Under the pieces are notes generated by a model, which saw nothing but the letters and a program-made list of their open reading frames with translations, was not told the origin of the DNA and did not search any database. Positions 60,249 through 62,286 of a stretch of DNA of 62,286 nt are shown piece by piece; positions within the stretch are counted from its first letter, which is position 1, and every line of letters starts with the position of its first letter. A program made the translations under genes and the position numbers. Origin of the DNA: Bacteroidales bacterium (lineage in GTDB: Bacteria; Bacteroidota; Bacteroidia; Bacteroidales; UBA12077); assembly GCA_046482855.1 (NCBI GenBank), contig JAWOEH010000210.1, positions 1 through 62,286 of the forward strand, read 5' to 3'.

Positions 60249-60819
60249 GAAGGAATCCAATTTCATGAATATGGTGCTTACCCTGCTTATTGTTACGCTG
60301 GTGGCTTCAACAACATTGGGATTTGTTTATGAGTTTACCAAAGCTCCCATTGCAGCCAGTAAACTGGCCAAGAAGAATAATGCGATTAAAGAGGTTGTGC
60401 CTGATTTTGATAATGTGCCTACTGAAGAAGCCTACAATCTTCCCGTTGAAGGAGGCGAGGTAATCTGTTATCCGGCTCGAAAAAATGGAGAGCTAACAGG
60501 AACAGCTATAAGTACCTATACCAATAAGGGCTTTAGCGGAACCATTAAACTTATGGTGGGTTTGTTGCCCGATGGAACCATTAACGATATTGCCGTCCTG
60601 GAACACAAAGAAACACCCGGATTGGGGGATAAGATGGAAAAGAGCAAATCTGATTTTAGTGTACAGTTTCAGGGAAAAAATCCAGAGAATTTTCAATTAT
60701 TAGTTAGTAAGGATGGAGGCGATGTGAACGCCATTACAGCCTCAACAATTAGTTCCCGAGCTTATTGTGATGCTGTTGAACGTGCCTATAATGCTTATAT
60801 GGAAGGAGGTAAAAAATGA
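60241..60819 (+). CDS. rnfG: Rnf complex subunit G
   Basis: HKETPGLG and the FMN-binding ITASTISS. Confidence 0.93.
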   Translation: MAKKESNFMNMVLTLLIVTLVASTTLGFVYEFTKAPIAASKLAKKNNAIKEVVPDFDNVPTEEAYNLPVEGGEVICYPARKNGELTGTAISTYTNKGFSGTIKLMVGLLPDGTINDIAVLEHKETPGLGDKMEKSKSDFSVQFQGKNPENFQLLVSKDGGDVNAITASTISSRAYCDAVERAYNAYMEGGKK

Positions 60820-61445
60820 ATCAGTGGAAAAATTTCAGCAAAGGATTTCTAAAAGAGAATCCGGTATTCGTTTTATTTCTTGGACTCTGTCCAACACTTG
60901 GGGTAACTACTTCAGCCATTAACGGATTGGGCATGGGATTGGCAACCACCTTTGTTTTGGTGATGTCGAATTTGGTGGTTTCGCTTATTAAATCACAAAT
61001 TCCCGATAAAGTGCGTATTCCCTCTTTTATCGTTATTATTGCTTCGTTTGTAACCATTGTGGAGCTTACTATGCAGGCCTACTTGCCTTCGTTGTTTGAG
61101 CAATTAGGACTCTTTATTCCGTTGATTGTTGTAAACTGTTTGGTTCTTGGACGTTCCGAAGCTTTTGCCTCCAAGAATAATATATTCTCCGCCATTATCG
61201 ATGGATTAGGCATGGGCCTTGGTTTTGCTATGGCCTTAACAATATTGGGCGGCGTACGCGAAATGCTTGGAAGTGGAGCCATCTTTGGCTGGAAGATTGC
61301 CGAAGGTTTTGCCAAGATCTTCAACCCTGAAACTACCTACCAACAGGGCGATGGGATGTTGGTCTTCGTATTGGCCCCTGGAGCTTTTATTGCCCTCGGG
61401 TACCTAATTGTTTTGATGAACAAACTGAGTAAGAAACTCTCATAA
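60816..61445 (+). CDS. rnfE: Rnf complex subunit E
   Basis: [20 protein letters not shown] and LAPGAF motifs. Confidence 0.94.
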   Translation: MNQWKNFSKGFLKENPVFVLFLGLCPTLGVTTSAINGLGMGLATTFVLVMSNLVVSLIKSQIPDKVRIPSFIVIIASFVTIVELTMQAYLPSLFEQLGLFIPLIVVNCLVLGRSEAFASKNNIFSAIIDGLGMGLGFAMALTILGGVREMLGSGAIFGWKIAEGFAKIFNPETTYQQGDGMLVFVLAPGAFIALGYLIVLMNKLSKKLS

Positions 61446-61456
61446 ATCAGATTGAT

Positions 61457-62029
61457 ATGGACTACATTATAATCATCATATCTGCCATTTTTGTTAACAA
61501 TATTGTTCTGGCGCAATTTCTGGGTGTATGCCCGTTTATTGGGGTCTCAAGTAAGGTGGAAACATCCGTGGGCATGACCGGCGCGGTAACTTTTGTTATG
61601 GTTATTGCTACCATGGTTACCTATCTTATTCAGAACTATATTCTTGAGCCACTAAATATCACCTTCATGCAAACTATCACCTTTATTTTGGTGATTGCCT
61701 CCTTAGTGCAGTTGGTTGAAATTATTCTTAAAAAAGTGAGCCCGGCCATGTATCAGGCTCTGGGAATCTTTTTACCTCTTATTACCACAAATTGTGCTGT
61801 ATTGGGGGTTGCTATTTTAGCTGTACAAACCGATTATAACTTGATGGAGAGCGTGGTATACGCCATGGCAAATGCGGTTGGTTTTGGACTGGCCTTGATA
61901 ACCTTTGCCGGTTTACGTGAACATTTGGATATGGTAGATGTGCCCAAACCCTTTAAAGGAGTACCTATTGCTTTTATCGTTGCTGGCTTGTTGGCTATGG
62001 CATTTATGGGCTTTTCCGGTATTGTATAA
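61457..62029 (+). CDS. rnfA: Rnf complex subunit A
   Basis: [14 protein letters not shown] and [13 protein letters not shown] motifs. Confidence 0.95.
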   Translation: MDYIIIIISAIFVNNIVLAQFLGVCPFIGVSSKVETSVGMTGAVTFVMVIATMVTYLIQNYILEPLNITFMQTITFILVIASLVQLVEIILKKVSPAMYQALGIFLPLITTNCAVLGVAILAVQTDYNLMESVVYAMANAVGFGLALITFAGLREHLDMVDVPKPFKGVPIAFIVAGLLAMAFMGFSGIV

Positions 62030-62051
62030 TCCTTGCATAAATTAAAATTTT

Positions 62052-62082
62052 AGGGGCTGTCTTGAAAAAGACGGCCCTTTTT
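62052..62082 (+). terminator. Intrinsic terminator of the rnf operon
   Basis: aggggctgtctt-gaaa-aagacggccctt followed by Ts. Confidence 0.85.
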
Positions 62083-62151
62083 CAATGTATGGGCAAATAG
62101 TTTTTTTTTCGTCTAAAAATTACTAATTTGTACTTCCATTTATCTTTGCCT

Positions 62152-62286
62152 ATGCTAAAGCGATATGTTGTCCTTATCTTTGTGCTGCTCTCTTCTTTGG
62201 CTTATGGTCAGAAGAAGCATGTTTTGCTCTTAAACTCCTACCATGAGGGGTTGCGATGGACCGATGACATCATTCATGGTTTTCGC
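62152..62286 (+). CDS. 5' end of a protein with a periplasmic substrate-binding-like sensor domain (probable sensor kinase), partial
   Basis: Manual translation MLKRYVVLIFVLLSSLAYGQKKHVLLLNSYHEGLRWTDDIIHGFR. The VLxLNSYHxGxxWTD pattern opens such sensor domains. Confidence 0.65.
   Translation, partial: MLKRYVVLIFVLLSSLAYGQKKHVLLLNSYHEGLRWTDDIIHGFR

Noticed and set aside
678..61324. The many 60-130 aa ORFs overlapping long genes
   Set aside because: They are antisense or off-frame to well-supported CDSs and carry no recognisable motifs.
1..62286. CRISPR arrays, tRNA/rRNA genes, transposases, integrases, phage or defence genes
   Set aside because: I saw no regularly spaced repeats, T-loop or cloverleaf signatures, or such protein motifs. 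Nearly all of the sequence is accounted for by housekeeping CDSs.

Overview
A gene-dense, mostly core-genome region of a Bacteroidota chromosome, probably an anaerobic Bacteroidales/Marinilabiliales-like organism. This is inferred from TAnnTTTG promoters, a T9SS type-B cargo protein, the rseC-rnfBCDGEA order and the guaB-PPIase-surA-ostA synteny. It holds about 50 CDSs, including pepD, purA, fur, relA/spoT, glyA, exbB-exbD-tonB, tamB, tsaD, yaaA, recQ, guaB, recG and the rnf operon. I found no rRNA, tRNA, CRISPR array, prophage or intact mobile element. The most interesting signal is a self-contained sigma-54 module (2230-4683). It comprises an enhancer-binding ATPase with no N-terminal regulatory domain, four copies of a TGT-N10-ACA-type palindrome (two upstream of its own gene, two upstream of a correctly spaced -24/-12 promoter), and a target operon of a stand-alone receiver protein plus a predicted outer-membrane beta-barrel. 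Other leads are a ~770 bp intergenic region with three blocks of nested stems (candidate structured leaders or ncRNA), three tandem CLC paralogues with different filter motifs, an MFSD1-like transporter coupled to a SPOR lipoprotein, Fur-box-like sites, an attenuator-like structure before purA, and perfect Shine-Dalgarno sites on only a few genes. All calls come from reading motifs by eye; no searches or folding programs were run.
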